Shown piece after piece: positions 1 through 8,849 of a stretch of 64,000 nucleotides of DNA. Below the pieces are notes generated by a model, which had not been told where the DNA came from, searched no databases, and saw only the letters and a list, made by a program, of their open reading frames with translations. The stretch lies in the NCBI GenBank assembly GCA_033762295.1, contig JANRLW010000083.1, forward strand, positions 1-64,000, written 5' to 3'. A program made the translations under genes and the position numbers. The stretch is from Capsulimonadales bacterium (lineage in GTDB: Bacteria > Armatimonadota > Armatimonadia > Armatimonadales > Armatimonadaceae). How positions within the stretch are numbered: the stretch's first letter is position 1; each line of letters starts with the position of its first letter.

Positions 1-1
1 C

Positions 2-589
2 GAGGGCAGCCATCGGATCAAAAACCATCTTCAGGTACTGTCCGGGCTGGTCGAGTTGCAGCTGGCCGAGGGGAAGGAGATGGTTCCGGCGCGCGAACTG
101 GAGCGGCTGCGGAGCCAGATTCAGGCGCTGTCCTTCATCCATGATTTCATGACGCTGACCACCAAGGAGAGCGCCGAAAACTACCTCCTGCCGGCGAAAC
201 CGCTGCTCGAACGGGTGCTGTCGATGCTCGAACGGTCCACCACGACGCATCGCATCGATTATGCGGTGGAGGCGGTGGTTCTGCCGATCAAGGCGGCCAG
301 TTCTCTGGTGCTGGCCCTCAATGAACTGGTCAGCAACGCCATCAAGCACGGAAAGGGCGTCGTCCGGGTCACGTTCGGGACGGAACGGGGCGAGGCGACT
401 CTGGAAGTGATCGATGACGGCCCCGGCTTTCCCGACGGTTTCGATTCGCGGATGGCGGCCAACACCGGTCTCGAACTGGTCGAGGCGGTCGCCGGAACCG
501 ATCTCGGCGGGCGGGTCGTCTACGGCTCCGGTCCCGGAGGGCGGGTTCTGCTGGCGTTCCCGCTGCCGATGCCGCGCGAGCAGGACTGA
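2..589 (+). CDS. Sensor histidine kinase, HisKA_2/HATPase_c type (5'-truncated by window edge)
   Basis: Frame open from position 2: H-box HRIKNHLQ, N-box NELVSNAIKHG, G1 box DDGPG, G2 box TGLELV. Confidence 0.9.
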   Translation, partial: EGSHRIKNHLQVLSGLVELQLAEGKEMVPARELERLRSQIQALSFIHDFMTLTTKESAENYLLPAKPLLERVLSMLERSTTTHRIDYAVEAVVLPIKAASSLVLALNELVSNAIKHGKGVVRVTFGTERGEATLEVIDDGPGFPDGFDSRMAANTGLELVEAVAGTDLGGRVVYGSGPGGRVLLAFPLPMPREQD

Positions 590-683
590 GAATCCCGTCA
601 TACCGTCAAAGCGCGGCAGGATTCGGGTCCGGAGGGGACGAACCCTTAGGGTATACGATCCTCAGGAGTGACCCTACACCATC

Positions 684-1793
684 ATGTCCGTCCGTCCCGT
701 TAACTTCGGTATCATCGGCTGCGGCAATATCAGCAACGCCTACTTCAACGCGACGAAAAAATTCGACGTTCTCCAAGTGATCGCCTGCGCCGATATCGAC
801 CTCGCCCGCGCCGAGGCGAAGGCGAAGGAACACAATGTGCCCCGCGCCTGCTCTCCCGAGGAACTGCTGGCCGATCCGGAGATCGAGATCGTCATCAACC
901 TCACCATTCCCAATGCGCACTACTCGGTCTGCAAGGCCGCGCTGGAGGCGGGGAAACACGTCCATGTGGAAAAGCCGCTGTCCGTAACCTTTGAACAGGG
1001 ACGCGAACTGGTGGAACTGGCGACAGCCCGAGGACTCCGGATCGGCTGTGCGCCGGATACGTTCCTGGGCGGCGGACACCAGACCTGCCGGAAACTGATC
1101 GATGACGGCGTGATCGGCGAGCCGATCGCCGCGACCGCGTTCATGCTCTGCCGGGGCCATGAATCCTGGCATCCGTCGCCCGAGTTCTACTACAAAGCCG
1201 GGGGCGGCCCGATGTTCGATATGGGGCCGTACTACCTGACCGCCCTGGTCAATATGATCGGCGGGATTCGCCGGGTATCGGGAGCGACACGGATTACCTT
1301 CCCCGAGCGACTGATCACGTCCAAACCGCTCGACGGCACGAAAATCCGGGTGGACGTCCCAACCCACGTCGCCGGCCTGCTCGACTTCGCCAACGGCGCG
1401 GTGGCGACGATCGTGACCAGCTTCGATGTCTACGGCGCGCCGACCGGCGCTCCGATCACCGTATTCGGCACCGAGGGAACGATCCAGGTGCCGGACCCGA
1501 ACGGCTTCGGCGGCACCGTGCGGGTAAAAACCGCCAGGACCGACTGGGAAGAGGTGGCTCTGACCCATGGCTACACCGAGAACGCTCGCGGCATCGGCGC
1601 GGCCGATATCGCCTATGCCATCCAGTCCGGACGTCCGCACCGCGCCTCGGGGGGACTCGGTCTGCACGTACTGGAAGCCATGCACGGTTTCCATGTCTCG
1701 AGCGAGGCCGACACCCATTATCGGATGACGACGACCACCGACCGGCCGGCATTGCTGGTCGCGGACCTTCCCGCCGGAAAACTGGACGAATAG
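684..1793 (+). CDS. Gfo/Idh/MocA family oxidoreductase
   Basis: GIIGCGNIS Rossmann motif, GKHVHVEKP, GGGPMFDMGPYY; RBS AGGAG upstream. Confidence 0.92.
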   Translation: MSVRPVNFGIIGCGNISNAYFNATKKFDVLQVIACADIDLARAEAKAKEHNVPRACSPEELLADPEIEIVINLTIPNAHYSVCKAALEAGKHVHVEKPLSVTFEQGRELVELATARGLRIGCAPDTFLGGGHQTCRKLIDDGVIGEPIAATAFMLCRGHESWHPSPEFYYKAGGGPMFDMGPYYLTALVNMIGGIRRVSGATRITFPERLITSKPLDGTKIRVDVPTHVAGLLDFANGAVATIVTSFDVYGAPTGAPITVFGTEGTIQVPDPNGFGGTVRVKTARTDWEEVALTHGYTENARGIGAADIAYAIQSGRPHRASGGLGLHVLEAMHGFHVSSEADTHYRMTTTTDRPALLVADLPAGKLDE

Positions 1794-1805
1794 GAAGACC
1801 GAAGC

Positions 1806-2654
1806 GTGTTTCGCCGAACCTTTCGTATTCGCAGCAACCGGGTGGATCGCGACCCGCCGCGCGTCATCGACGTACTGGCGACGCCGGAGGAGGTCGCCCG
1901 GCTTGAGACCGACGGATTCCTCGTACGCCCCGGCATCGTGCACGGGGAGATGCTGGCCGAACTGCGGCAGGCGGCGGACGAACTGGAAGCGGAGACACTG
2001 GTCCGTCAGAAACCGGGCGAGGGGAAAGGGTTCGGCGGTCTGTTCATCCGTAATATCGTCGACAAACACCCGGTCTTCTTGAAGTGGTTGTTGCGCTACG
2101 AACCGAGCCTGTCGGTTGCGCGGGCGTTGCTCGGACCGCAGCTCCAACTGCATGCCAGCGTCCTGCGGGTCGCCTATCCGCAGTTGGAAAATCAGGACGT
2201 CGAGTGGCACTTCCATCAGCGGGTTGTGCCGGATTGGGTGGAGGACGGCGTCTCGCGCGGCGAACCGCCCTGGTTCGCCCTGCCGGTCGTGATGGATAAC
2301 CTGCTCTATCTGGACGAACTGACCGAGGAGACCGGCCCGCTCGTCGTGTTGCCGGGAACGCACCGGGTGAACGCCGACCTGCCGTCCGGGGACTTCTCGG
2401 AAAAGCCCGGTCAGGTACTCGTCACCTGTCCCGCCGGTTCGATCATTATGTCGCACACCGGCCTCTGGCACCGTGCGCTCGCCCCGAAGCCGAGCGCGCC
2501 GAAACGACGTCTGCTGATTTTCGGTTACAGCCCGGTCTGGATGAAGCCGATCGATAAACCGTCGGCGGGCGCGGGCCGGGGCCTGACCGACACTCTGCTC
2601 CCGACCGACGATGAGGAGACCCGGGAACTCCTCGGCCTCACCGGTTACTACTGA
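1806..2654 (+). CDS. Phytanoyl-CoA dioxygenase (PhyH) family Fe/2OG oxygenase
   Basis: DGFLV N-terminal motif, GPLVVLPGTH, PAGS...LWH, RR at the 2OG-binding position; the proximal metal motif is the atypical WHFH. Confidence 0.8.
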   Translation: MFRRTFRIRSNRVDRDPPRVIDVLATPEEVARLETDGFLVRPGIVHGEMLAELRQAADELEAETLVRQKPGEGKGFGGLFIRNIVDKHPVFLKWLLRYEPSLSVARALLGPQLQLHASVLRVAYPQLENQDVEWHFHQRVVPDWVEDGVSRGEPPWFALPVVMDNLLYLDELTEETGPLVVLPGTHRVNADLPSGDFSEKPGQVLVTCPAGSIIMSHTGLWHRALAPKPSAPKRRLLIFGYSPVWMKPIDKPSAGAGRGLTDTLLPTDDEETRELLGLTGYY

Positions 2655-2731
2655 CCCGACGGCTTACCTGTTTGGCCCGTTTACTCCGGACGACGTCTCC
2701 CCGTTGGCCGGATTCTCTTTGGAAAATTCCC

Positions 2732-2760
2732 TTGACAGAGGCGGAACGTTGCGTTAAACT
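2732..2760 (+). promoter_or_regulatory. Sigma70-type promoter of the LacI/pilin operon
   Basis: TTGACA(2732-2737)-17 bp-TAAACT(2755-2760). Confidence 0.75.
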
Positions 2761-2763
2761 CGG

Positions 2764-2790
2764 GGAAAGCGGTTTCGGAAAACGCTTTCA
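2764..2790. promoter_or_regulatory. Two tandem LacI-family operators
   Basis: GGAAAGCGGTTTCG and GGAAAACGCTTTCA, CG-centred near-palindromes immediately after the -10 box. Confidence 0.65.
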
Positions 2791-2810
2791 TTGAAGAACG
2801 CAGGGTAACG

Positions 2811-3854
2811 ATGCCATCGATCAAGGAAGTTGCGGCCGAGGCGAAAGTCTCGCTCGGAACCGTTTCCAAGGTTTTGAACGGACGCAACGACGCCACCATC
2901 ACCAAAGCGACGCGGGAACGTATCCATGCCGCCGCACGACAGGTCGGCTATCACCCCAGCATCGTGGCCCGCGGACTCGCCGGAAAGCGAATGAACGCTC
3001 TGGGTGTCGTGATGGCGTACTCCCAGGAATCCGTGACCTCCGATCCCTACCTCGGCCCCTGCCTCGACGGCATACTGAGCGTCTGCAAGCAGCGGCACCA
3101 GAAGACCATCCTCTATCTGGAAGGTTCCTGGGACGACGCCCTGGAGAGCGTCCCGATGTACTGCGACGGTCATTGCGACGGCCTGCTTCTGGTCATTCCC
3201 CGGACCAACTGCGGCATTACCGAAACGCTGCTGACGCGGCCGAACGGCATCCCGTTCGTTCTCGTCGGCGACAGCCGGAACGGTGACGAACTGGTCGCCG
3301 CCGATGTCGATAATGTCGGTGGCGCGCGAGCGATCACCGAGTACCTGCTGCAACTCGGTCACCGACGGATCGCCGTCTTTTGCGGCAACTACGATTTTTG
3401 CAGTAACGATCAACGGATCGAGGGATACCGGCAGGCGCTGGCCGCGGCAGGAATCCCCTTCGATCCCGAACTCCTGTTTCCGGGGGAGTACCATCCGGAG
3501 TGGGGGGAACGAAATGTCGCCGCTCTGCTCCGACGTTTTCCGGGCGAAACGTTGCCGACCGCCGTCTTCTGCCTGTGCGATGCCATTGCGGTCGGCGCCC
3601 TGCGCGCGTTTGCCGCGAACCATCTCTCCGTCCCCGGCAGAATCTCCGTGGTCGGGTTTGACGATATCGCCACGGCGGAGATGCTCGGTCTGACCACCAT
3701 GCGGCATCCGATCCGCACGGTCGGTATGCGGGCGACCGAGGCATTGCTCGGATGTATCCATAAGGAAGTGTCGGCAGGAAGACGAGATTTGATCCCGCCG
3801 GAGTTAACGGTGCGGGCGACGACCGCCCCGCCGGGGAGAAATGGAACCAGATGA
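2811..3854 (+). CDS. LacI family transcriptional regulator
   Basis: SIKEVAAEAKVSLGTVSKVLN HTH; HRRIA and ISVVGFDD in the sugar-binding domain. Confidence 0.95.
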   Translation: MPSIKEVAAEAKVSLGTVSKVLNGRNDATITKATRERIHAAARQVGYHPSIVARGLAGKRMNALGVVMAYSQESVTSDPYLGPCLDGILSVCKQRHQKTILYLEGSWDDALESVPMYCDGHCDGLLLVIPRTNCGITETLLTRPNGIPFVLVGDSRNGDELVAADVDNVGGARAITEYLLQLGHRRIAVFCGNYDFCSNDQRIEGYRQALAAAGIPFDPELLFPGEYHPEWGERNVAALLRRFPGETLPTAVFCLCDAIAVGALRAFAANHLSVPGRISVVGFDDIATAEMLGLTTMRHPIRTVGMRATEALLGCIHKEVSAGRRDLIPPELTVRATTAPPGRNGTR

Positions 3855-4087
3855 AATCGAAAAACGGAAACCGCCCGATGACCGCCGCAACGGCGGTGGC
3901 GGTCGGACTCTGCGCCGTCGCCGCGCTGCTGGCCGGTGGCTGCACGCCGTCCGAAACCCCGTCCCCGTCCGCCCCGACAGGCGCCACCGGGACGACCGGG
4001 CAGAACGCCGCGCCGGGGACGACCGCCGAACGTCCGGCCGGAACACCCGTCGGACGCCCCGGAATGGCCGGCGTTCCGAAAAACTGA
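3851..4087 (+). CDS. Small Pro/Thr/Gly-rich lipoprotein
   Basis: Signal peptide with lipobox LAGG-C; ATGA overlap with the lacI stop; lies directly upstream of a prepilin gene. Confidence 0.7.
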   Translation: MKSKNGNRPMTAATAVAVGLCAVAALLAGGCTPSETPSPSAPTGATGTTGQNAAPGTTAERPAGTPVGRPGMAGVPKN

Positions 4088-4129
4088 TCGTCTTTATTCT
4101 CAATCGAAGCAATGAAAGGAAACGTCCCA

Positions 4130-5023
4130 ATGTACGGGAACACTCAACGTCGAAGCGGATTCACTCTGATCGAACTGCTCGTTGTCATCGCCATTATCGC
4201 CATTCTGGCAGCCATCCTTTTCCCGGTCTTTGCCCAGGCGCGCGCCAAAGCCCGCCAGATTTCCTGTTTGTCCAACAACAAGCAGATCGGTCTCGGAATG
4301 ATGATGTATGTCCAGGACTATGACGAATGTCTGCCGCCTTTCCGAACCGTCAATGATGGCGACTGGTGGACGGCGCGTATGTGGACCTGGAAGGATGCCA
4401 TTCTTCCCTACATCAAGAACGGCGGACGCGCCTACGGAGACGGCACCGCCTACACCCAGGCCGGGAACGGTGGTATCTTCCAGTGCCCCGATAACTCCGC
4501 CGCCTGGTCGAGCGCACCGGTATGGTGGACCATTACCGGACAGCCCGGCGACGAGAACACTCGCTTCCCCCGCTCCTACGCCATCAATAAGGACGCCGGA
4601 CGCAACGAAACCGGCCGCTCTCTCTGGCCGGAAATCCAGCCCGACGGTCCCGGCAAATGGGTGAACCAGGGGGGGAACGGCAGCATCGCCTCGCTGAGCC
4701 GGGTGGCGGATACGATCATGACGACCGAAACCCGCCTGCCGTTCTCGGATTTCCAGGCGGAAAACCTCTCCTACCAGTGCAAGCAGGACGGTCAACCCTG
4801 GGGCGATACCGGCTACTCCTGCGGTAAGGGGCATATGGGCGGGATGATCAACTTTACCTTCTTCGACGGTCACGCCAAGGCGATCAAGGCGATTCAGTCG
4901 ATTCAGAACGACCTCTGGGACTGCTACGGTCCGAGCGGCTGGGGCACCGGCGACAATCAGCCCGGGCAGGCCTGGAACCTGCGCAATGCCTCGGCGATCC
5001 GGGAATGGAACCCCGGATACTGA
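4130..5023 (+). CDS. Prepilin-type N-methylation protein, DUF1559 / H-X9-DG family
   Basis: [37 protein letters not shown]-terminal HMGGMINFTFFDGH (H-X10-DG variant); RBS AAGGA before ATG 4130. Confidence 0.92.
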   Translation: MYGNTQRRSGFTLIELLVVIAIIAILAAILFPVFAQARAKARQISCLSNNKQIGLGMMMYVQDYDECLPPFRTVNDGDWWTARMWTWKDAILPYIKNGGRAYGDGTAYTQAGNGGIFQCPDNSAAWSSAPVWWTITGQPGDENTRFPRSYAINKDAGRNETGRSLWPEIQPDGPGKWVNQGGNGSIASLSRVADTIMTTETRLPFSDFQAENLSYQCKQDGQPWGDTGYSCGKGHMGGMINFTFFDGHAKAIKAIQSIQNDLWDCYGPSGWGTGDNQPGQAWNLRNASAIREWNPGY

Positions 5024-5038
5024 TTTCACCGGTAAAAC

Positions 5039-5073
5039 GAGAACCGGGCCGGTAGGACTCCGGCCCGGTTCTC
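5039..5073. terminator. Stem-loop between convergent genes
   Basis: 14-bp stem GAGAACCGGGCCGG / CCGGCCCGGTTCTC. Confidence 0.65.
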
Positions 5074-5151
5074 CTCTCCTTCTCCTCACGAAACGGCGTG
5101 TGATCGGTTGTTTCGTTCCCCACAGTGAGCGGAAGCTCACGTATCTCCTTG

Positions 5152-5195
5152 CTCTCCTGACACTCTCCTGACGCTCTCCTGACGCCCTCCTGACG
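5152..5195. repeat. 4 x 11-bp tandem repeat (CTCTCCTGACG)
   Basis: Units start at 5152, 5163, 5174 and 5185, each with at most one mismatch. Confidence 0.85.
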
Positions 5196-5214
5196 CGATC
5201 GCGCGAACGTCGGC

Positions 5215-6027
5215 CTACGGCGAATAGGGAACGCGCCAGACCTCCGTTATCAGGACCTGCACATAACGGCCGGAAGCGTCCTGCACGATCTCGTAGTGTC
5301 CGTACGTCTTGACGCAGTACTGACCGGTTTCGGCGGCCAGGGCAGCGGGCGCTCCGGCGGAGTAAAGACTCGCCTGGATGGTCAATCGGTCGCCGATCGC
5401 AAACCGGATCGGCAGATTGACCGGTTCCTCATTGTCCCCGTTCAGGCTCCGAAAACTGGCGTTGAACTCGTCCTGTTTCGACGTCAGGTATTCGGCGAGC
5501 TGGCTCGGATGAGTAACGATCCGGGCAAAGTTCTCCGGGAACCGGTTATCCTCGTTGGCTTCGTTCGTCGGGTCGAAATGCGCATAGGCCAGACCATAGT
5601 CCAGGATCAGACGAATGTCGATCTTCTCTTTCTCCATACGGAGAAATTCCGCGGCTCTCTCCCTGCCGCTGGCCGTTCGGGCGAACGGGGAGAAGGCGGC
5701 CATGGCCGTGGTCGGGACATGGATGCTGATGCGATTCGTCCGGTAAACGCCCTGGACGATCCAGGGATACTTCTCCGGGAGGTCGTATGTGAACTGAAGG
5801 TCGGTCGGTTCGCCGAAAGCAAAAACGATCGGAGGAGTGCCGGGTAGCCGGTATTGGTTGACAAAGGCCTCAGGGGCGTCGAACAGTTCGGTCATCGCTC
5901 CGTAGATCGATACCGTCTCCGGGGCGAGCGCGACAATCCACATTTCATCCTCCGCCAGTCGGAAGGCGCTCAGCATATGGGCTCGGTTCTCCTGAGGCAG
6001 GGGCGCATCGGTTTGCCTTCGCCTCAT
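5215..6027 (-). CDS. Hypothetical protein
   Basis: 270-aa ORF with globular composition, co-oriented downstream of the SARP-like regulator; no family recognised. Confidence 0.7.
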   Translation of the reverse strand: MRRRQTDAPLPQENRAHMLSAFRLAEDEMWIVALAPETVSIYGAMTELFDAPEAFVNQYRLPGTPPIVFAFGEPTDLQFTYDLPEKYPWIVQGVYRTNRISIHVPTTAMAAFSPFARTASGRERAAEFLRMEKEKIDIRLILDYGLAYAHFDPTNEANEDNRFPENFARIVTHPSQLAEYLTSKQDEFNASFRSLNGDNEEPVNLPIRFAIGDRLTIQASLYSAGAPAALAAETGQYCVKTYGHYEIVQDASGRYVQVLITEVWRVPYSP

Positions 6028-6032
6028 CTACC

Positions 6033-6066
6033 AGTGTAGCGACGAACCGTTGGCAAATCGTTGGCA
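6033..6066 (-). promoter_or_regulatory. SARP-type promoter: two TGCCAACG direct repeats (11-bp period) upstream of a TACACT -10 box
   Basis: Minus strand reads TGCCAACG-att-TGCCAACG-9 bp-TACACT-5 bp-ATG(6027). Confidence 0.55.
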
Positions 6067-6098
6067 GGAACCCCTCGGAACGGTACGGAGAAATTTCG

Positions 6099-8744
6099 TT
6101 ATTCGTTCGGGAGAGGGGGCATCAGGTAGCGGTCGATCGCCTCGGTTTCCGGGAGGGCGGAAAGATCACGCAGCAACCGTTCCATTTCCGGTGTCGGGGG
6201 ATGGTCGATCGGGAAGCGGTCCCGTTCCCGTCGGCACTCCTCCGCGTACCGGCTTTCCAGGTCTTCGTGGATGGCGGCGGCCAGAGTGAAGGCGATACTC
6301 GCTTCCGAGTACCGGCCCTGCCGTTCGCGGAGACGACCCAGGTCCCGCAGGAGAACGCCGCGATTGAACCGGCGTTCGGGCCCCCGGCTGAGGTCCAACC
6401 CCTCCCGAATCAATTCCTCCGCGACCGAAAGATCCTCGATTCGGAAGGCGACCTGCGCCAGATATGTGCAGGCGTAGAGCCGGTTCTGCACGCCGGGGGA
6501 GTCGATCGAGAGACGCGAACGACCTGCCGCGATCCGCGTCCGGGCATCGTCGCGATCCGCACGCAGTACCGCCAGACGGGCGGCGATCACGTTCTCGATG
6601 ATCGGCGGCACGGCAAAAGTGTCGCCCAGGATCCGTGCCCGCTCGAAGCAATCCGTCGCCCGCGGGAGGTTCTCCTCATCGATCGCCTGCCCGGTCATTT
6701 CGATCAGAGTCTGTCCCATGCCGACGTGATCCCGGAGGTTCTCCTGCATCCGCAGTCGGGCCTGCCAGTAACGCCAGGCGGTACGGTTGTCTCCCTGGCG
6801 TCGGGCCAGCGCGGCTCGCCAGCCCAGAATAAGAACGGTGCGTTCGTCGATCGGAAAGCCCGGCGGAAGCGTTTCGACCGCCTCGAACAGGCGCACGAAC
6901 TCCTCGCGCAGTCCCATTTCCGCATAGGCGAAGCCCAGATTATAAAGGAGGCGGAGCAGAGTGTCACGCGCGGCGGTGGCGATGGCGTGCTGTGCGGCGG
7001 CGCGATAGTCCGGGAGCGAGGTCCGTAGACGCCGCGCTCCCTCGGGCAACCCGTCGCCGCGCACCAGTTCGCCGAGTGCGTCGCTTTCCCGTTCGAAGTA
7101 GGTCCGGTGGCGCACGCGGACCCACGCATCCTCGTCCGTTGTCAGAAACCGGGCGGTGAAATCGGCGATCGGCCGCAAGAGATGAAATTCCGATTGCTCA
7201 TCCACCGGATCGAAACGGGCCTCGAGCAGCGCGTGCATCCGCAGTTCCTCCAGAGCATCGAGGGGCGGCGCGCCGTTCTCCCCGCACATCGCGGTAACGC
7301 CGTCCAGGCGGAACGAGCTACGAAAGACCGACAGACGGGCCAGGAGAAGTCGTGAGGCGGGAGCCAGGGCGCGGTAGCTCCATTCCAACACCGCCAGGAG
7401 ACTGCGATGTCGTTCCGCGCGGCTCGGGTTGGCGGTAACCAGGAACTGAAACTGCTGCGATAACTGCTCTCGAATCTGCTCCGGGCCAAGCACCAGGGCA
7501 CGGGCGGCCGCCAGTTCGAGCGCGAGCGGCATTCCGGCGAGGAGCCGGGCGACGTCCCGCGCCGTGCGCATCCCGCGTTCGGTTATGGCGAACGTGGAGC
7601 GAACGGCGCGGGCCCGGTGCAGAAAAAGCGCTTCGCCCTCCTCTGCCGACAGGGGACCGATACGCACCACCTCCTCGTCGAGAAGGCGAAGCGCACGACG
7701 CGACGTGATCAAAAGTCGAAGGCGCGGACAGGAGGCGAGGATTTCGGACAGGAAGGTCCCGATAGCGCGCGCGCCCTGCTCCGCGCCATCCAGAAGGAGG
7801 ACGAAGCGGTCGCGGAGCCGGAGCTCGTCGCGTACCTGGCGACGCAGTGGGCGTGGCCCTCCCGGCGGAAGGCCCAGGGCGGCATGGATGGCGAGATAGA
7901 GCTCCTCCACCGAGGTGATGTCGCCGATCGGAACGAACACGCCGTTCATTTGTTCCAGCGCATGGCGTGCCAGATACGTTTTTCCGATACCTCCCAGACC
8001 GATCAGGGTCAACGGCGGCGCCGTCTCGCGTTCCCACCAGGTCAGCACATGCGCCATTTCGTGCGCACGGCCGAACAGAAGCGAACCGCTCGTTTCCGGA
8101 GATGGAGTGGGCGCACGACGAGGGGCCGGCAGCAACCGATCGGGAAAGCGCATCGTCAGACGCTTCCGCCAGTGTTCCGCCGTTTCCGCGTCCTCGGTCG
8201 CCTCCAGATCGAGAAGGAAACGCCGCCCTGCGTCGAAGTAGAGTTCCCGTAGCCGGAGGCGATGTGTCTCCAGCCAGTCGGGACCGTCGTACTCGCTCTC
8301 CGGGGGCGAAATCCCTGGCAGAAGATCATCCTTATACAGGTCCAGGGCGCGTCGTAACAGGGGGAGACGTTCATGAGCCTCGGTAAGAGCGAGGGCCTCA
8401 CGCAGGAGAGATTCGAAGACGGCGACATCGGTCGCCTTCTCGTCCGGAAAGGTCAGGGCGAAGTTGCCGCTGCGGACGAACAGTTCATCCCCGAACACCG
8501 CACGCAAAACCGTAAGTTCGTAGCGGAGCCGGGTGCGCTGCACGCCGGGCTCTTCGCCGGGCCAGAGCATTTCGCCGAGGGCTTCGCGAGAGCACGGTTT
8601 CCCCGGATGTAATGCCAGGTAGGCGAGCAGCAGACCGGCGCGGTGGGTGCGAAAGTGGTGAATGGTGCGTCCGTCGGCCACCGCCCGTAAGCCACCCAGA
8701 AGCTCGATACGCCATCCTTTACCTGCAGTAGTCTCCATTCCCAC
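6099..8744 (-). CDS. AfsR/SARP-like regulator: wHTH-BTAD + STAND-type ATPase + TPR
   Basis: IELLGGL, LLAYLAL, LWP, DV..FE, ALDLYKDDLLPG; Walker A GLGGIGKT, LLLDGAE, LLITSR, GMPLALELAA; C-terminal helical repeats. Confidence 0.9.
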   Translation of the reverse strand: MGMETTAGKGWRIELLGGLRAVADGRTIHHFRTHRAGLLLAYLALHPGKPCSREALGEMLWPGEEPGVQRTRLRYELTVLRAVFGDELFVRSGNFALTFPDEKATDVAVFESLLREALALTEAHERLPLLRRALDLYKDDLLPGISPPESEYDGPDWLETHRLRLRELYFDAGRRFLLDLEATEDAETAEHWRKRLTMRFPDRLLPAPRRAPTPSPETSGSLLFGRAHEMAHVLTWWERETAPPLTLIGLGGIGKTYLARHALEQMNGVFVPIGDITSVEELYLAIHAALGLPPGGPRPLRRQVRDELRLRDRFVLLLDGAEQGARAIGTFLSEILASCPRLRLLITSRRALRLLDEEVVRIGPLSAEEGEALFLHRARAVRSTFAITERGMRTARDVARLLAGMPLALELAAARALVLGPEQIREQLSQQFQFLVTANPSRAERHRSLLAVLEWSYRALAPASRLLLARLSVFRSSFRLDGVTAMCGENGAPPLDALEELRMHALLEARFDPVDEQSEFHLLRPIADFTARFLTTDEDAWVRVRHRTYFERESDALGELVRGDGLPEGARRLRTSLPDYRAAAQHAIATAARDTLLRLLYNLGFAYAEMGLREEFVRLFEAVETLPPGFPIDERTVLILGWRAALARRQGDNRTAWRYWQARLRMQENLRDHVGMGQTLIEMTGQAIDEENLPRATDCFERARILGDTFAVPPIIENVIAARLAVLRADRDDARTRIAAGRSRLSIDSPGVQNRLYACTYLAQVAFRIEDLSVAEELIREGLDLSRGPERRFNRGVLLRDLGRLRERQGRYSEASIAFTLAAAIHEDLESRYAEECRRERDRFPIDHPPTPEMERLLRDLSALPETEAIDRYLMPPLPNE

Positions 8745-8849
8745 AATGCTTTAGCGACCTGATGAAAAAAATCCTCCTTAATTGGTAACCCCGCCGGAGA
8801 AGGGACCTCCGACGGGGAGAACGGACCGGATCGGGAACGATCGTAAAGA

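Noticed and set aside
4100..5140. Minus-strand ORF with an apparent AAGGAG RBS before GTG 5140
   Set aside because: It fully overlaps the well-supported prepilin gene, and the translation is not protein-like.
5152..5195. Possible CRISPR array (also considered 34102-34145 and 47839-47898)
   Set aside because: These are contiguous short tandem units with no spacers, and no cas genes are present.
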